Below are positions 20,533 to 30,752 of a stretch of 64,000 nt of DNA, in pieces (position 1 is the first letter of the stretch; each line of letters starts with the position of its first letter). This DNA is from Lawsonibacter sp. (GTDB lineage Bacteria > Bacillota > Clostridia > Oscillospirales > Oscillospiraceae): NCBI GenBank assembly GCA_045601985.1, contig JAZSAQ010000101.1, positions 17,019-81,018 of the forward strand. Reading direction: 5' to 3'. The notes beneath the pieces were generated by a model. That model worked only from the letters and a program-made list of their open reading frames with translations. It had not been told where the DNA came from and made no database searches. Position numbers and translations under genes: made by a program.

Positions 20533-22142
20533 CACCGGTTGTTTTGATTGTAGTTGTTGTCGTAGTCTTGCTTATCTTGCTTATCTCCATCTTTGCCGGC
20601 AGGGCGGCCTGCGCCGTCGCCGCTCGACGTGTACTGAGATGCGCGAGGAGTAAACACAGAATCAAATCCGGCGTCGTTTTCCACTTGCCGTTTCGCAAAC
20701 TCATCATCCGCGTCATAGCCCAGAATCTTCAAAGACGTATCGTACGACAGGTTCATAGTGGAGAACAAGAATTTGGCAAGCTCGATCTTCATGTCGGCTT
20801 CCATGACCTCGGAGTCCAAAATTCGGATATCCGGAGTGTACATGATGTCGATGTGGTGCGCTTCCAACCATACGGCATAGAAGCGGTGTAGGATATCACT
20901 TAGTTGTTTAGCGACCACATCCACAGTCTTCATCAACTGTTTCAGAGAAATGTTGGCGGACGACACGCTACTGAGCTCCGGGTCCAAAAAGGTGATGCCC
21001 AAAGCGGTCATCTTCATGTTGCGATATAGGGCAATCTTTTCGGTGGGCGTTCCCTCCACAGACGGCTCTACATACGAAATGCTCTCTACGGCAGGAATCG
21101 TTGTAAGCAGCACAGTGTCGTTTCCCCATGCATTCATCAGCTCGGTATGGGCATATACCGCATACTCGAACCCTTTACGGCTGTAATCTTGATTGGGACC
21201 CATCACTTCTTTGCGAAGCTTCTGATGAATAATCTTCTTGGCTTTAGCACGGTTATTGACACTGTCTGCGGCTTCGATTTCCTCTAATAAGACAGCTGGG
21301 CGTAAAGAGCGGAAAAAGTGGCTGACACCATATTTGAAGCCCATGTTGTTAATTCGCATCACGCCAGTTCGACGCCAGTCGAGACGGCAATACGCCTCGC
21401 CTTTTGTATGAGCTTCGTACACCTCCGGGGGGAAGTTGTTTTTAATCTCCTCGTCAATATTCTTAAAGAAGAGCGCTTTGCCTTTTTTGTCCTTGGTGTA
21501 CGTCTTACGCAGCCGCGCCTTAAATTCATTGAGGTTAATCTGCACCACCGGGTTGCCGTTAACGGTATAGTCCGTAATCTCAGCCACGCCGAGCGGATAA
21601 ACATCGATCACCGCGTTGCCGCCGTCCGTCCTGAGATAGAAAATGTAGTTGCCGTCCACTAAGGTGTCTGGCACGGCGGTCGCAATCAGACGCTCCAGTT
21701 TGATGGAACGATTGAATTGGTCAATGGCCGCCTTAGCCTGTTCAAGTTGCTTCTTTTTGTTGCGTCCAGCGGGATTTCCAAACGCAATATGCGAGGTCGT
21801 GTTGACATTGTTTTGAATGGCGGTAAAAGTGGCGCCCAATACATCGTCGGTGTGAATATATCTGCGCACAAACTGTCCGACCTCCTGCACGTTGGTGAGG
21901 GAGGTGTTGATGCCATTTGCCAGTTCCGCGATGCGGGCCGTCGACAAAGAACCGCCATTGGTAGTCTGAGAGAACTTCGCCCCAGACACGGTTTTGTTGA
22001 AGTCATATTTCTGTAGCGCCGCGTACAGCAACTGGTTGACTTTTTCGTCAATGTGTTCTTGAGAAGTAACAACAACAGTAGACTCGTCGGCCTGCGTAGC
22101 TGTCATCAAGACCTCAAACGGTTTGTTCTGTGTGTCCGACAC
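20532..22142 (-). CDS. Portal protein
   Basis: 536 aa directly after terminase; DGNYIFY motif and C-terminal FTPRASQYT...GRP. Confidence 0.8.
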   Translation of the reverse strand: MSDTQNKPFEVLMTATQADESTVVVTSQEHIDEKVNQLLYAALQKYDFNKTVSGAKFSQTTNGGSLSTARIAELANGINTSLTNVQEVGQFVRRYIHTDDVLGATFTAIQNNVNTTSHIAFGNPAGRNKKKQLEQAKAAIDQFNRSIKLERLIATAVPDTLVDGNYIFYLRTDGGNAVIDVYPLGVAEITDYTVNGNPVVQINLNEFKARLRKTYTKDKKGKALFFKNIDEEIKNNFPPEVYEAHTKGEAYCRLDWRRTGVMRINNMGFKYGVSHFFRSLRPAVLLEEIEAADSVNNRAKAKKIIHQKLRKEVMGPNQDYSRKGFEYAVYAHTELMNAWGNDTVLLTTIPAVESISYVEPSVEGTPTEKIALYRNMKMTALGITFLDPELSSVSSANISLKQLMKTVDVVAKQLSDILHRFYAVWLEAHHIDIMYTPDIRILDSEVMEADMKIELAKFLFSTMNLSYDTSLKILGYDADDEFAKRQVENDAGFDSVFTPRASQYTSSGDGAGRPAGKDGDKQDKQDYDNNYNQNNR

Positions 22143-22157
22143 TCATTCACCCCCTTC

Positions 22158-23975
22158 TTAAAAACTCAACACCCCGACGCAAGACGGAGCGTGTTCAAAA
22201 TCATAAATGTCTGTATTGTTGAGCAGATCACGAGCCAGCTGGGAAACGAAGTAGCACCCGTAAGAAACGGAGGTGTAACGGTCCTTGGTGTTCTGACCGA
22301 CCTCGCTGATGCGAATGAGTCCGGTGGCCGGCATCTTTTCATACACCAGGTTGATCATCTCGTGCACCGTCAGCATCGTTTCAAGATAGGGGCGTTCGTA
22401 AAACAACTGAGTCTCAGCGTCCATGTCGTCAAAGCCAGGCAGGTATTTGGACATCTCAGCAAGACCAGCGGTGCGATCCACCAACAGATCTACCCGATGC
22501 TCCATCAGCATGGCTTTGAAGTTAACCGCGATTTCGCTATTAAGCTTGGAAGTTGCGGCTATAGCAAAAATTTTTGGCTCTGCACTAGGACTCACCACGC
22601 GATTGGCTATGGTCTCATCGTTCATAACCTTGAGAGGTTTATATTCGACGCCACGCTCATCGTCGTAAAGCACGCGGGCAAGAGTGTCCGCCACAGAAAT
22701 GCCTAGGTTGCGCACGTCCAGCACAATATAATCGGCTTCGAAGTCGTCATACAATTGCCGGATGCGAATGGCTTGCCGGCGAGTTTCCTGTCCGCGGGGC
22801 GCCTCAATATAAGGCACCTGCACACGATACTCTTTTTCAGGTCGGCCGTCAGGCGTGTAAGTAGTCTCCTCAAATAACCGCAGGCACGAGAACGAACTAT
22901 TGTCGTTTCCGTGCCGGTCAATGGCGGCAATATCGCAAGCAACTACGCGCATCTCGCCAGGCTGCTTGGGCAATGCAAATTTGTTTTTGGAGTGGTTGAG
23001 TACGTCCGCAGTCCGGCGTGGATAAAACGCACGCAACAATGTCTGGTTGTCCTTGAGCAGGTCATACGTGAAATAAGCATGGCTGTTAGAGCGCAACACC
23101 AGGTTTTCGTACTCCACCATCCAAGTGATCGGATCCGCTTTGGCCTTGGCTTCAATGAGCTGGTGGCGTTTACGAATGCCGTGCTTGAGTGTAATCGAAT
23201 AGTCGAACGCGATGAAGAAGTGGCCATCTCCGTCCAGCATGCCCTTCATTGCACGGCGTGCCAGCGCATACAACCAGTGAGATTCCTCGATGCTTGAGGA
23301 AATGAAGATTTCGCACGGGTTTTCTTGGAATTGCTCGTCGCCGCTGTAGTCGGGCAACATCATGAAAGGCACCTGCCGCACAACCAGGAACGGGTTAACG
23401 ACCTCGTTGTAGGTCTCGATATCGATTTCGCGTGCCTCTTCGCCCACGTTTACAGTAGAGCGGTTGCCACGGCTGTTTTTGCTGAGAGTAACCGTGTGGA
23501 TAGAGCTGCCATTCTTGAAGCGCACATATACGTCGTTGTTGTTGTCGCTTATTTTTGATATCTCGCGCCGTAAATTCGGAGACATGTCCCAAAGTTCTTT
23601 CTTTATCTTTTCGCTCACTATCAATTGCGATTGGCCACGTGTGGCCGAAGTAAGAACTATTCGGCTTCCCGGGTAGAGGATGGCGCGGCAACATGAATAC
23701 ACCGCAATGATGAACGACTTGGCCGCAGCACGCGAAGCGATTACCACAACCAGCCGGGACATGCTCATCGCCCAGAGAATGATGATCTGATAAAGATGTA
23801 GTTTTAGGCCGAGGTAGTCCATCGCGAAGCGGTGTAAGTTCCGGCGGTAAAACGTGTTCCACTCCAAAAAATGAAGCATGTGCTCTTCTACTCCGAGCCA
23901 ATGGTCGTCGCGAAACGATTTATGTCCGCGACGCTGATTGTTGTCTAACTTACTCTTCGTCGCCATCAGCGCCAC
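22158..23975 (-). CDS. Terminase large subunit
   Basis: ASRAAAKS Walker A variant, VGEEAR Walker B, nuclease motifs ACDIA, VLD, KDRYTS. Confidence 0.9.
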   Translation of the reverse strand: MALMATKSKLDNNQRRGHKSFRDDHWLGVEEHMLHFLEWNTFYRRNLHRFAMDYLGLKLHLYQIIILWAMSMSRLVVVIASRAAAKSFIIAVYSCCRAILYPGSRIVLTSATRGQSQLIVSEKIKKELWDMSPNLRREISKISDNNNDVYVRFKNGSSIHTVTLSKNSRGNRSTVNVGEEAREIDIETYNEVVNPFLVVRQVPFMMLPDYSGDEQFQENPCEIFISSSIEESHWLYALARRAMKGMLDGDGHFFIAFDYSITLKHGIRKRHQLIEAKAKADPITWMVEYENLVLRSNSHAYFTYDLLKDNQTLLRAFYPRRTADVLNHSKNKFALPKQPGEMRVVACDIAAIDRHGNDNSSFSCLRLFEETTYTPDGRPEKEYRVQVPYIEAPRGQETRRQAIRIRQLYDDFEADYIVLDVRNLGISVADTLARVLYDDERGVEYKPLKVMNDETIANRVVSPSAEPKIFAIAATSKLNSEIAVNFKAMLMEHRVDLLVDRTAGLAEMSKYLPGFDDMDAETQLFYERPYLETMLTVHEMINLVYEKMPATGLIRISEVGQNTKDRYTSVSYGCYFVSQLARDLLNNTDIYDFEHAPSCVGVLSF

Positions 23976-24960
23976 CTATACTAAACTCTGGATCCATGTC
24001 GCGAGAGCCAGTGAAGAAGTTGCGAACTGGGCGCAACACAAACCGCTCCAGATACGATCTGAAGCTGTCCGCGTCTGCGTACAGGGTTCGGTCTTGATAT
24101 ATTTCGGCCGGCATGAAGCGCTCCACGTCTCGAATGAAATTGCCCCAGCACAACTCCGCGTCAGTCAACGAATTGGTGTCGCTACCGTTAACCTTCAGGT
24201 TGGCCGATTTCAACGTCTCCTGGTACAGTTTCGTAAATTTCTGAAACATCTCAGCGTCGCCCTTGTTTCGGGCTCGGGTTTGCTGGATTTTGATCTCGCA
24301 CAGGTCGCGAGCCAAATTGTCTTGGATAACATCATTGACGTCGATTTTGTCCTGCAAGCTTTTGTAGTGGGCATCCAGCTGTCGGTATTCGCTTTCCTCG
24401 AAGCCCAACCCCCAGCGGGTGATTTGAGCCTTAGTGACTCCGGTCTCGCCCTGCTCGCGCTTGTCTTCGAATTCGTCGTAGCTGTTCAAGACGACCGAAG
24501 CCCGGTCTCGGATCGTGTCGAGATATGTGGTGCCTCGCGACTTCCAGTTTTGCAACTGCATCTTGCTCGGATAGGCGCTCACACGAGAGCGGTCCGCCGA
24601 GATTTTGCGGGTCGTAGCCCAAATCTCGTCGCTGTAATACCAGTCGGCGATTTGGGCGACTCGGTCAATAGCCTTCTCTTCGTTGCCGGTGAAGTACCCA
24701 ACCAACTGGTCATAGTATTCATCGATGCAGGTTTTACAGATGGTCAAGTAACCGTCGTTGGCTGCATAAAGAGGAGAAGACGTGCGAAGAAAGTTGGATT
24801 TTTGAATTTTGTATTTGCTGCCACAACAAGTACAGCGGTATTCAGTCGGCACGTCAGTCGCCTTAGCCCCAGGCTTCACTGTTGCGTTGGGGTTGATTTG
24901 CGTAGCCGCGCCGCGAGACTTAGCTGCCTGCTTGGCTTTGGTCGTTGTTTTGGGCGGCAT
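23950..24960 (-). CDS. Zinc-finger protein upstream of terminase (possible small subunit)
   Basis: CTCC and CKTC pairs, RWGLGF motif, overlaps terminase start. Confidence 0.6.
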   Translation of the reverse strand: MPPKTTTKAKQAAKSRGAATQINPNATVKPGAKATDVPTEYRCTCCGSKYKIQKSNFLRTSSPLYAANDGYLTICKTCIDEYYDQLVGYFTGNEEKAIDRVAQIADWYYSDEIWATTRKISADRSRVSAYPSKMQLQNWKSRGTTYLDTIRDRASVVLNSYDEFEDKREQGETGVTKAQITRWGLGFEESEYRQLDAHYKSLQDKIDVNDVIQDNLARDLCEIKIQQTRARNKGDAEMFQKFTKLYQETLKSANLKVNGSDTNSLTDAELCWGNFIRDVERFMPAEIYQDRTLYADADSFRSYLERFVLRPVRNFFTGSRDMDPEFSIGGADGDEE

Positions 24961-25014
24961 TGCGCACCTCCTACAATTTAAGAGAGCCGCCCAAAATGGG
25001 CGGCTCCAATGTCC

Positions 25015-26046
25015 TTATAATTCGTCGAGTCCGGTGGCGGCAACCTGTTTGATACCGTCTGCCGAGAAATATTTGCCAATTTCCTCGTCCCCGTCTATGT
25101 CCTTGTACAGCTGCACCATCTCCAAGGATTCCCATCCAAGGATTTCCTTGATTACGGAATCGGGGAGTCCAGACCGGGACAAGTGCGTGGTGAAGTAATG
25201 TCGAGCCGCATGGAAGTAGAAGTCCACGCCAATCAGTCTGGTGAATGTATCCGCCCAGCTGTTCAGTGTGTCGGGCATGCGGTGCTCGCTGGGGTTGGTT
25301 GGATCAGGAAACAACCATTCGCTCTCGATACCCTTGTTTTCACGTTCCTGCATCCAGGCATCAAAATATGGCCTGAATTTTTTGACCATGGTATAGCAAT
25401 GCAGCATCTTGCCGTTGCCACGCCCTTTGGTCTTCACCTTTTCGGGTGTCTTATACAAGGAACCGAAGATGATGTTGTCGTCGCTAAAATAAGACACCTT
25501 GAAGCGCACTAACTCAGCGCGCCGGCGCCCGGAGCATAAAGCCAGCGCCAGACAACACGCCTTTTCGTGCCAGCCTTTCTCAGACAGTTTGTCCAACAGC
25601 TCGTCGCACTGCTCATCAGTCAGCACGGTCTTTTCGCGCACCGCCTGGTTGATTGGATTTTCGATTTTGCGAACGATAGGACGAAAGTCCTTAAATTCGT
25701 CATCGAGAACCGCCTCAATGTAATTGGACAGGGAAGACAACACGCTCTTGATGCGACGCACCCGCGCAGGGGAATTTTTGTTGTCGTTAAGCATCCAGTT
25801 TTGGAATGCAACAATATCGCGCTTGCTCCACTCGACGAACATCTTGTTCTTGTTGTGAAGCAGGCACCAAGTAAAGGCAATCTCTGCGTCGTTACGATAA
25901 CCGTGAATGGTGGTCTCGCTACGTTGAATGGAGCGGAGGTATGTTAGAAAATCCTCGAGCAACTGCTTGTTGTCGGGGTTCACCTGCTCCCACAACTCAG
26001 GAGATGTGATTTTGTTTTGCTGTGTTTTACGCGGCACAACCGTCAC
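25015..26046 (-). CDS. Tyrosine recombinase / integrase family protein
   Basis: SAM-like N-terminus; catalytic R (SGRRRAEL), K (KTKGR), HAAR, LGW, Y. Confidence 0.9.
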   Translation of the reverse strand: MTVVPRKTQQNKITSPELWEQVNPDNKQLLEDFLTYLRSIQRSETTIHGYRNDAEIAFTWCLLHNKNKMFVEWSKRDIVAFQNWMLNDNKNSPARVRRIKSVLSSLSNYIEAVLDDEFKDFRPIVRKIENPINQAVREKTVLTDEQCDELLDKLSEKGWHEKACCLALALCSGRRRAELVRFKVSYFSDDNIIFGSLYKTPEKVKTKGRGNGKMLHCYTMVKKFRPYFDAWMQERENKGIESEWLFPDPTNPSEHRMPDTLNSWADTFTRLIGVDFYFHAARHYFTTHLSRSGLPDSVIKEILGWESLEMVQLYKDIDGDEEIGKYFSADGIKQVAATGLDEL

Positions 26047-26963
26047 GCTCCTTTCGTTTCGTTGTCCGGGTCTTGGAACCTAAAAATATATCCGTGAGCA
26101 CTTTTTCGTTCCCCGTTACACACCCGTGATATAAGCTTATAACCAACGCCCGTCGCCTCTGCGGCGGCCCTAGCAGACGGAAAACAAGCAATGGGGTTCA
26201 TGTCGCCATCATATTGCACTACGGGCTTGCCACTCCGGGGCTTTTTTGGTGGCAGGGGAGGAAAAGTGATGCCGTCGGTTACGCACTTCCAAGTTGCCCC
26301 ATTCCGGATATCGCGCACCGTTTCTGCGGCGACTCCAGTTGTGCGGGCGACATCGGACAACGACATACGGTCGAGCAACAACGCCATGATGTGTCGCACA
26401 TCGTCCTCGCATAGTTTTCTTCGGGAGGTGTTTACGCGCCGGACAAACTCGTAGTTTGCCGTAAGCTCCGTGTACTCCGTCTTGAAGTATATTTGGTATA
26501 GGGTCCTTTCGTGGATTCCGGTCTCTAACGATACCCGAGGAATTGACAACGTGGTCTCGCACAGCAACTTGACAGCTTGATTAAACTGTTGCTCAGTAAA
26601 AGACAGCCGTCCAGACCGCAAATCTTCCATCGTGCGGTAGCGACTGCCTGTCCGGGCTATTGGAGAAAGGTTGTATCCATGCTCTCTTTTGGAGGACTGT
26701 AGCCGGTCGTACCAATATTGCTCTCTCTCCAGCAACAGGTCCGTGGTTGTTGTTTCGAGAATCGAAAACTGAAGACAGTCTGGCCCGTACTTGTCCCAGG
26801 CGCGTTGCAACAATTGGTTGCGGTGTGAATGCCGCAGCAAGTCGTGTTTGTGTTGCGCCCACCGCGTATAGATGTCTTTAGAAGACCCAACATAAACCTT
26901 GCCGTTAATTGTGTTTCGGATGCAATAAACACCACTTATTACTGCGCGTCTATCTCTTCTCAA
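26043..26963 (-). CDS. Free-standing GIY-YIG homing endonuclease with NUMOD1/HTH C-terminus
   Basis: GVYCIRNTINGKVYVGSS, R..QH, ERE..W, GYN; C-terminal KPVVQYD...ISRVCNG...AHGYIF. Confidence 0.88.
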   Translation of the reverse strand: MRRDRRAVISGVYCIRNTINGKVYVGSSKDIYTRWAQHKHDLLRHSHRNQLLQRAWDKYGPDCLQFSILETTTTDLLLEREQYWYDRLQSSKREHGYNLSPIARTGSRYRTMEDLRSGRLSFTEQQFNQAVKLLCETTLSIPRVSLETGIHERTLYQIYFKTEYTELTANYEFVRRVNTSRRKLCEDDVRHIMALLLDRMSLSDVARTTGVAAETVRDIRNGATWKCVTDGITFPPLPPKKPRSGKPVVQYDGDMNPIACFPSARAAAEATGVGYKLISRVCNGERKSAHGYIFRFQDPDNETKGA

Positions 26964-26987
26964 GGGGCTCGCACCTCCTCGGGAGAG

Positions 26988-28283
26988 TTAACAGGGGATG
27001 GTTGTATATACAACATCCGTCAGTCCGAGTTCTTTGTCATAAACAAAGCTTTTGCACTGTCGCCGGGCGCGGTAGCCTTGGTCGTTAGTCCACACGGAAC
27101 GCGCCACCGGACTAGGTAGTCTTTGGATGCGCATATTGCAGTCTTCGGCCAACAAGGCTTCGCTGTGCAGATGTTGCAACATAACCTCGGTGAAGTCAAC
27201 ATTGCTCCACACGTCGCGCGCCTCGTCGGGGATAAGCTTTTGCAGGCGTTTCGCGTCACCGTCATGTGCAAACACGAAAAGAGTTTTGCCAAACACGTAA
27301 TAGTGGCGTGGCAGAGGGGAGTAGTCCACAGACACACGGTCGTCGTTGCGGAACCACGCATCCACATATTTTGCCAGCTTAAAACCACTCTGGTTGTCGT
27401 GGTTTCCGGGAACATATATCACGTCTACGGGCGCCCGCTGTGCAAGGATGTCTACTGCCTTGACAGTCATGGCATACAACTGCTCGCAAGCATCCCAGTA
27501 GTGTTTGTCACAGTGTTGCGGAGTGCCTTTTGTGGTTGTATTCGCTGGAGAGTCGGCGTCGAGCTGGTCCCCTCCGATTGTGAACACGATGCGCTGGAAA
27601 TCGTATCTTTCCGTGCGCTCGAGCACGTCTGCGATAATATGGAAAAACACTTTTTCGGCGATCTGGCAGTTGTATTCGTTGCCGCTGTTAAATAAAGTGG
27701 CTTGCATATTAAAATGCAAATCACTGATAGGAACAACAAGTAGCTTATCGCCGGAGCCCCAGCCGTCGATCTTGGTTGGGGTGCCCACAGAGTAGTTGCG
27801 ATCGAGGTCGTTGAACCACGCCGAAATATCGGACTCTGTGGTGCCAAGCTGTTTGGGCTTTACGGCAATCCGGCTGGAGTACATAGGAGCTGTGCCAGAA
27901 CCCCACTGGGACGCCTTGGCCGAAACCAGCTCGAAACGATCTGGGTCATACCCGTGCAACTTCAACAGATAGTTAGCGTCGTGCAGATCAGACTCGTTAT
28001 GAACACTAGCGCGCAGTTCGCTCGTAAAAGTACCGTCGGCGTTCACCGAGGTGGATTTGCACGTAGTCGCGTTCTGCACTTCTGCTTCGCAGACGTCGCC
28101 GCCGTCGGCGGGGCGCACCCAGCCGGCCGCGTTAAAAATATCAAATAGGGCAACACCCTTGCGGACAAACTCTCTCTTATAATCACCGTCGGTGCAGGCG
28201 TTCATGTAATCTACTACATCCGCCCACTCCGTCTCGTCTTGCGGGTCGGCACGTCGCCCCAACAGCTCATACAACCCCGCCAA
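26988..28283 (-). CDS. Calcineurin-like metallophosphoesterase
   Basis: SDLH, GGDQLD, PGNHD, AHDGD, QHLH motifs; possible start at ATC 28301. Confidence 0.8.
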   Translation of the reverse strand: MAGLYELLGRRADPQDETEWADVVDYMNACTDGDYKREFVRKGVALFDIFNAAGWVRPADGGDVCEAEVQNATTCKSTSVNADGTFTSELRASVHNESDLHDANYLLKLHGYDPDRFELVSAKASQWGSGTAPMYSSRIAVKPKQLGTTESDISAWFNDLDRNYSVGTPTKIDGWGSGDKLLVVPISDLHFNMQATLFNSGNEYNCQIAEKVFFHIIADVLERTERYDFQRIVFTIGGDQLDADSPANTTTKGTPQHCDKHYWDACEQLYAMTVKAVDILAQRAPVDVIYVPGNHDNQSGFKLAKYVDAWFRNDDRVSVDYSPLPRHYYVFGKTLFVFAHDGDAKRLQKLIPDEARDVWSNVDFTEVMLQHLHSEALLAEDCNMRIQRLPSPVARSVWTNDQGYRARRQCKSFVYDKELGLTDVVYTTIPC

Positions 28284-28319
28284 ATATTCTGTCGTATTGA
28301 TGGGAGTATCCTCCTATTC

Positions 28320-29027
28320 TTAAAATTCTAACGCATCCGCGTGGTTAGAAACCCAGCCGCGATAATTGCGCGTCAGTGTACACACGGCTGTGCGCTCATC
28401 GTCGCGGAACCAATCAATGTAACGCACGAAGCCACTACGCTCTGGGTTTTTATATAAGTCAACTTGGCCATGGTGGCCAATAGCGATGATTTTGCAGTCA
28501 TCGCTGATGCGCGTCAGCACCTTCTTTAACTCGTCGTTATAAAAATTTTGACACTCGTCGATGATAATGACGCGATTGTTGTATGTAGTGCCGCGCAAGA
28601 ATGTATGAGTCACACACTCAATGTACGCGGTACCGTTCTTTTGGTTTTGAATATCCGAATACAGGGATGAGTTCAAAGACACCCCCAGCTTGTCGCACGC
28701 CTGATAAAAAGGGGCAAAATACGGATCACTCTTGTCCTCGAGCGACCCAGCCAAGAAACCTTGTTTCTGTTCCTGTGTAGGCGCCGCTATATACGTGATG
28801 CCTGCGTACGCGCCATGTTGGCACAACAAATCCGCGGCAGCGGTAGCCAAAAACGTTTTGCCGGTACCGGCCGGGGCATCCACGAAAACGATCAGTTTGG
28901 AAGGGTTGAGAATAGCCTCCACAAAGACTCTTTGCTCATCGTCCAGTTCCAGGCCATAAAAAGGGTGCCCGTCCAAATTCGTTGGAGGGGCACCAAATTC
29001 GTTGTTCAACTTCTTGGGCTTCGCCAA
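28320..29027 (-). CDS. phoH: PhoH-family ATPase
   Basis: APAGTGKT, GFLAG, FLRGTT, IIIDECQN, LTRI, QVDL, NYRG. Confidence 0.9.
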   Translation of the reverse strand: MAKPKKLNNEFGAPPTNLDGHPFYGLELDDEQRVFVEAILNPSKLIVFVDAPAGTGKTFLATAAADLLCQHGAYAGITYIAAPTQEQKQGFLAGSLEDKSDPYFAPFYQACDKLGVSLNSSLYSDIQNQKNGTAYIECVTHTFLRGTTYNNRVIIIDECQNFYNDELKKVLTRISDDCKIIAIGHHGQVDLYKNPERSGFVRYIDWFRDDERTAVCTLTRNYRGWVSNHADALEF

Positions 29028-29045
29028 AAGAGAGACACTCCCATC

Positions 29046-29669
29046 TTAAATAATTCCATCCAGTGTATCCAGAATGCCGTCGACCATGCCGTACTCAACC
29101 ATCTGCTCAGCAGTAAAGTACCAGTCGCGGTCCTTATACTTCTTCAGCAGCTTGGCCGAAATGGTGGTGCGATCCATCAGGAACTTCGACATCTGCTCCT
29201 CGACCACATCCAAATGTTTCGTCACATCCTGCAGCTGCCCCATAGTGCCAGACATGCCAGCTGAGCCCGAGTGCCACATGGCGTGGGCGTGGGGCAGAGC
29301 ATAGCGCTTATGACCCGCCAGTAGGAGCACACACGCGGCGCTGGCAGCCAGACCGACCACGTAGGTGTACACAGGCGTGGTGCTCAACAGAATGGCGTCC
29401 ATGATGGCTAACATCGTATAGATGTCGCCGCCAGGGGAGAGGAGTACCACGCGGATGGGCTTACGCTCCTCCACGGGAATGCCCATGTCCTTATCCTCGA
29501 AATTCCAGCGCATAATCTTCTTAACGATTTCAGCGCCGTCCCCCTCCAGTTCCTTGTCGAGCCACAGAGTACGGTTCTCTGCCTGCTCATAGTAGGAGAG
29601 CAAATACGGATCGGGCAGTTGTACATTGGCGCCGCAACCCACCGGCATTACAATTTCCTGAACGTCCAT
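29046..29669 (-). CDS. clpP: ClpP-like protease subunit
   Basis: SPGG, GLAASAA (catalytic Ser), MWH, RDWYFTAEQMVEYGMVD. Confidence 0.88.
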   Translation of the reverse strand: MDVQEIVMPVGCGANVQLPDPYLLSYYEQAENRTLWLDKELEGDGAEIVKKIMRWNFEDKDMGIPVEERKPIRVVLLSPGGDIYTMLAIMDAILLSTTPVYTYVVGLAASAACVLLLAGHKRYALPHAHAMWHSGSAGMSGTMGQLQDVTKHLDVVEEQMSKFLMDRTTISAKLLKKYKDRDWYFTAEQMVEYGMVDGILDTLDGII

Positions 29670-29836
29670 CAGTGTTTACCTCCATTACCGTATTTACCGG
29701 CACGGTAGTTTTTCAGCACCTCCAGAGCAGGCGGCTCCTCGGTCATGAAAAATTTGTGGGTGGTTTTTGCGATGGTGACTTTCAGTCGCTTTTGCTTGCG
29801 CATAAAAGCGGCTTCGTCCTTGGTGATAGGTACTAT
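29669..29836 (-). CDS. Small basic protein with probable ATA start
   Basis: AAAGGA RBS then ATA GTA CCT ATC ACC AAG...; stop overlaps the clpP ATG. Confidence 0.35.
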   Translation of the reverse strand: MVPITKDEAAFMRKQKRLKVTIAKTTHKFFMTEEPPALEVLKNYRAGKYGNGGKH

Positions 29837-29990
29837 TGTTCTCAGTCCTTTTTGGTAAGATAGGGGTATGTATATACCCTCATATTATTTACTTTGGAAA
29901 CGCAAAAAACCGACCCTTTACAACATTTACAATTTCTGTAAATTGCTGAGGGCCGGTTTTTCAAAAACAAAAGTCAAGTCGTAGAAAATG

Positions 29991-30752
29991 TTATTTTTTT
30001 CGGTGATAAGAGGCCAAAGCGACGCGGTTGTGTTGCGTAGCAGAACAATTATCGCAGTATTTTTTGCGCCCGTTTTTGGCTTGTCTGATCCAACGTCCGC
30101 ACTCGGCGCAGCGCCGGAAGGGTTCCCCTTCGTACGCACGGTAGGCGTACCCCAGGTCTTTGAAATCGGGGTCGGTCAGACGCAGGATAGGCTCCCCATC
30201 CACGTCGGCAAACTGAACACGAATGCTGCAGTTGCCTACGCGCTGACTGGCGCCCAGCAGCCCGGCCGCGTATAACGTATGCAAAAATTTTCCAAGCTCT
30301 GCCTTCGGAACCTCAACGTTGGCTCTCCGCATTACTTCCCCCCACCGGTCTCCACGAATCCAATAGTCGACTCCCTCAAACCGCATAGTGTCATATTTGG
30401 CTAAGGCTAGCGCAGAAAAGGCCAAGCAACGCACTTTACGATCCTCGAAGTCGCCAATGGCCACGAGCTCGGCCTCGGTGATGGGCACGTACGCAATGCG
30501 AGAAAGGGGGTACTTTTCTGCTTGGCGTACATAATGGGGAACGATGCCGTCGATATGAGATGGGTGAACCTCCGGAAATGCTTTCTTAGCATAGTCGGCT
30601 ACGTGCCGAACCGCCTCCTCGAATGCAATACCAGCGGCTTGGACATCGTAGCGAGCCACCAAAGAAATCGACGCCCGCAAATCCTCCAGCCCCCGGCCGG
30701 CACGGAGCAGTTCCGCTCCGCGCTCAGCCTCATTCAGCACAATATCCTTCAT
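29991..30752 (-). CDS. Hypothetical protein with C-terminal zinc ribbon, coupled to RNA polymerase gene
   Basis: GGAGG RBS before MKDIVLNE; CAEC...YCDNC. Confidence 0.7.
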   Translation of the reverse strand: MKDIVLNEAERGAELLRAGRGLEDLRASISLVARYDVQAAGIAFEEAVRHVADYAKKAFPEVHPSHIDGIVPHYVRQAEKYPLSRIAYVPITEAELVAIGDFEDRKVRCLAFSALALAKYDTMRFEGVDYWIRGDRWGEVMRRANVEVPKAELGKFLHTLYAAGLLGASQRVGNCSIRVQFADVDGEPILRLTDPDFKDLGYAYRAYEGEPFRRCAECGRWIRQAKNGRKKYCDNCSATQHNRVALASYHRKK

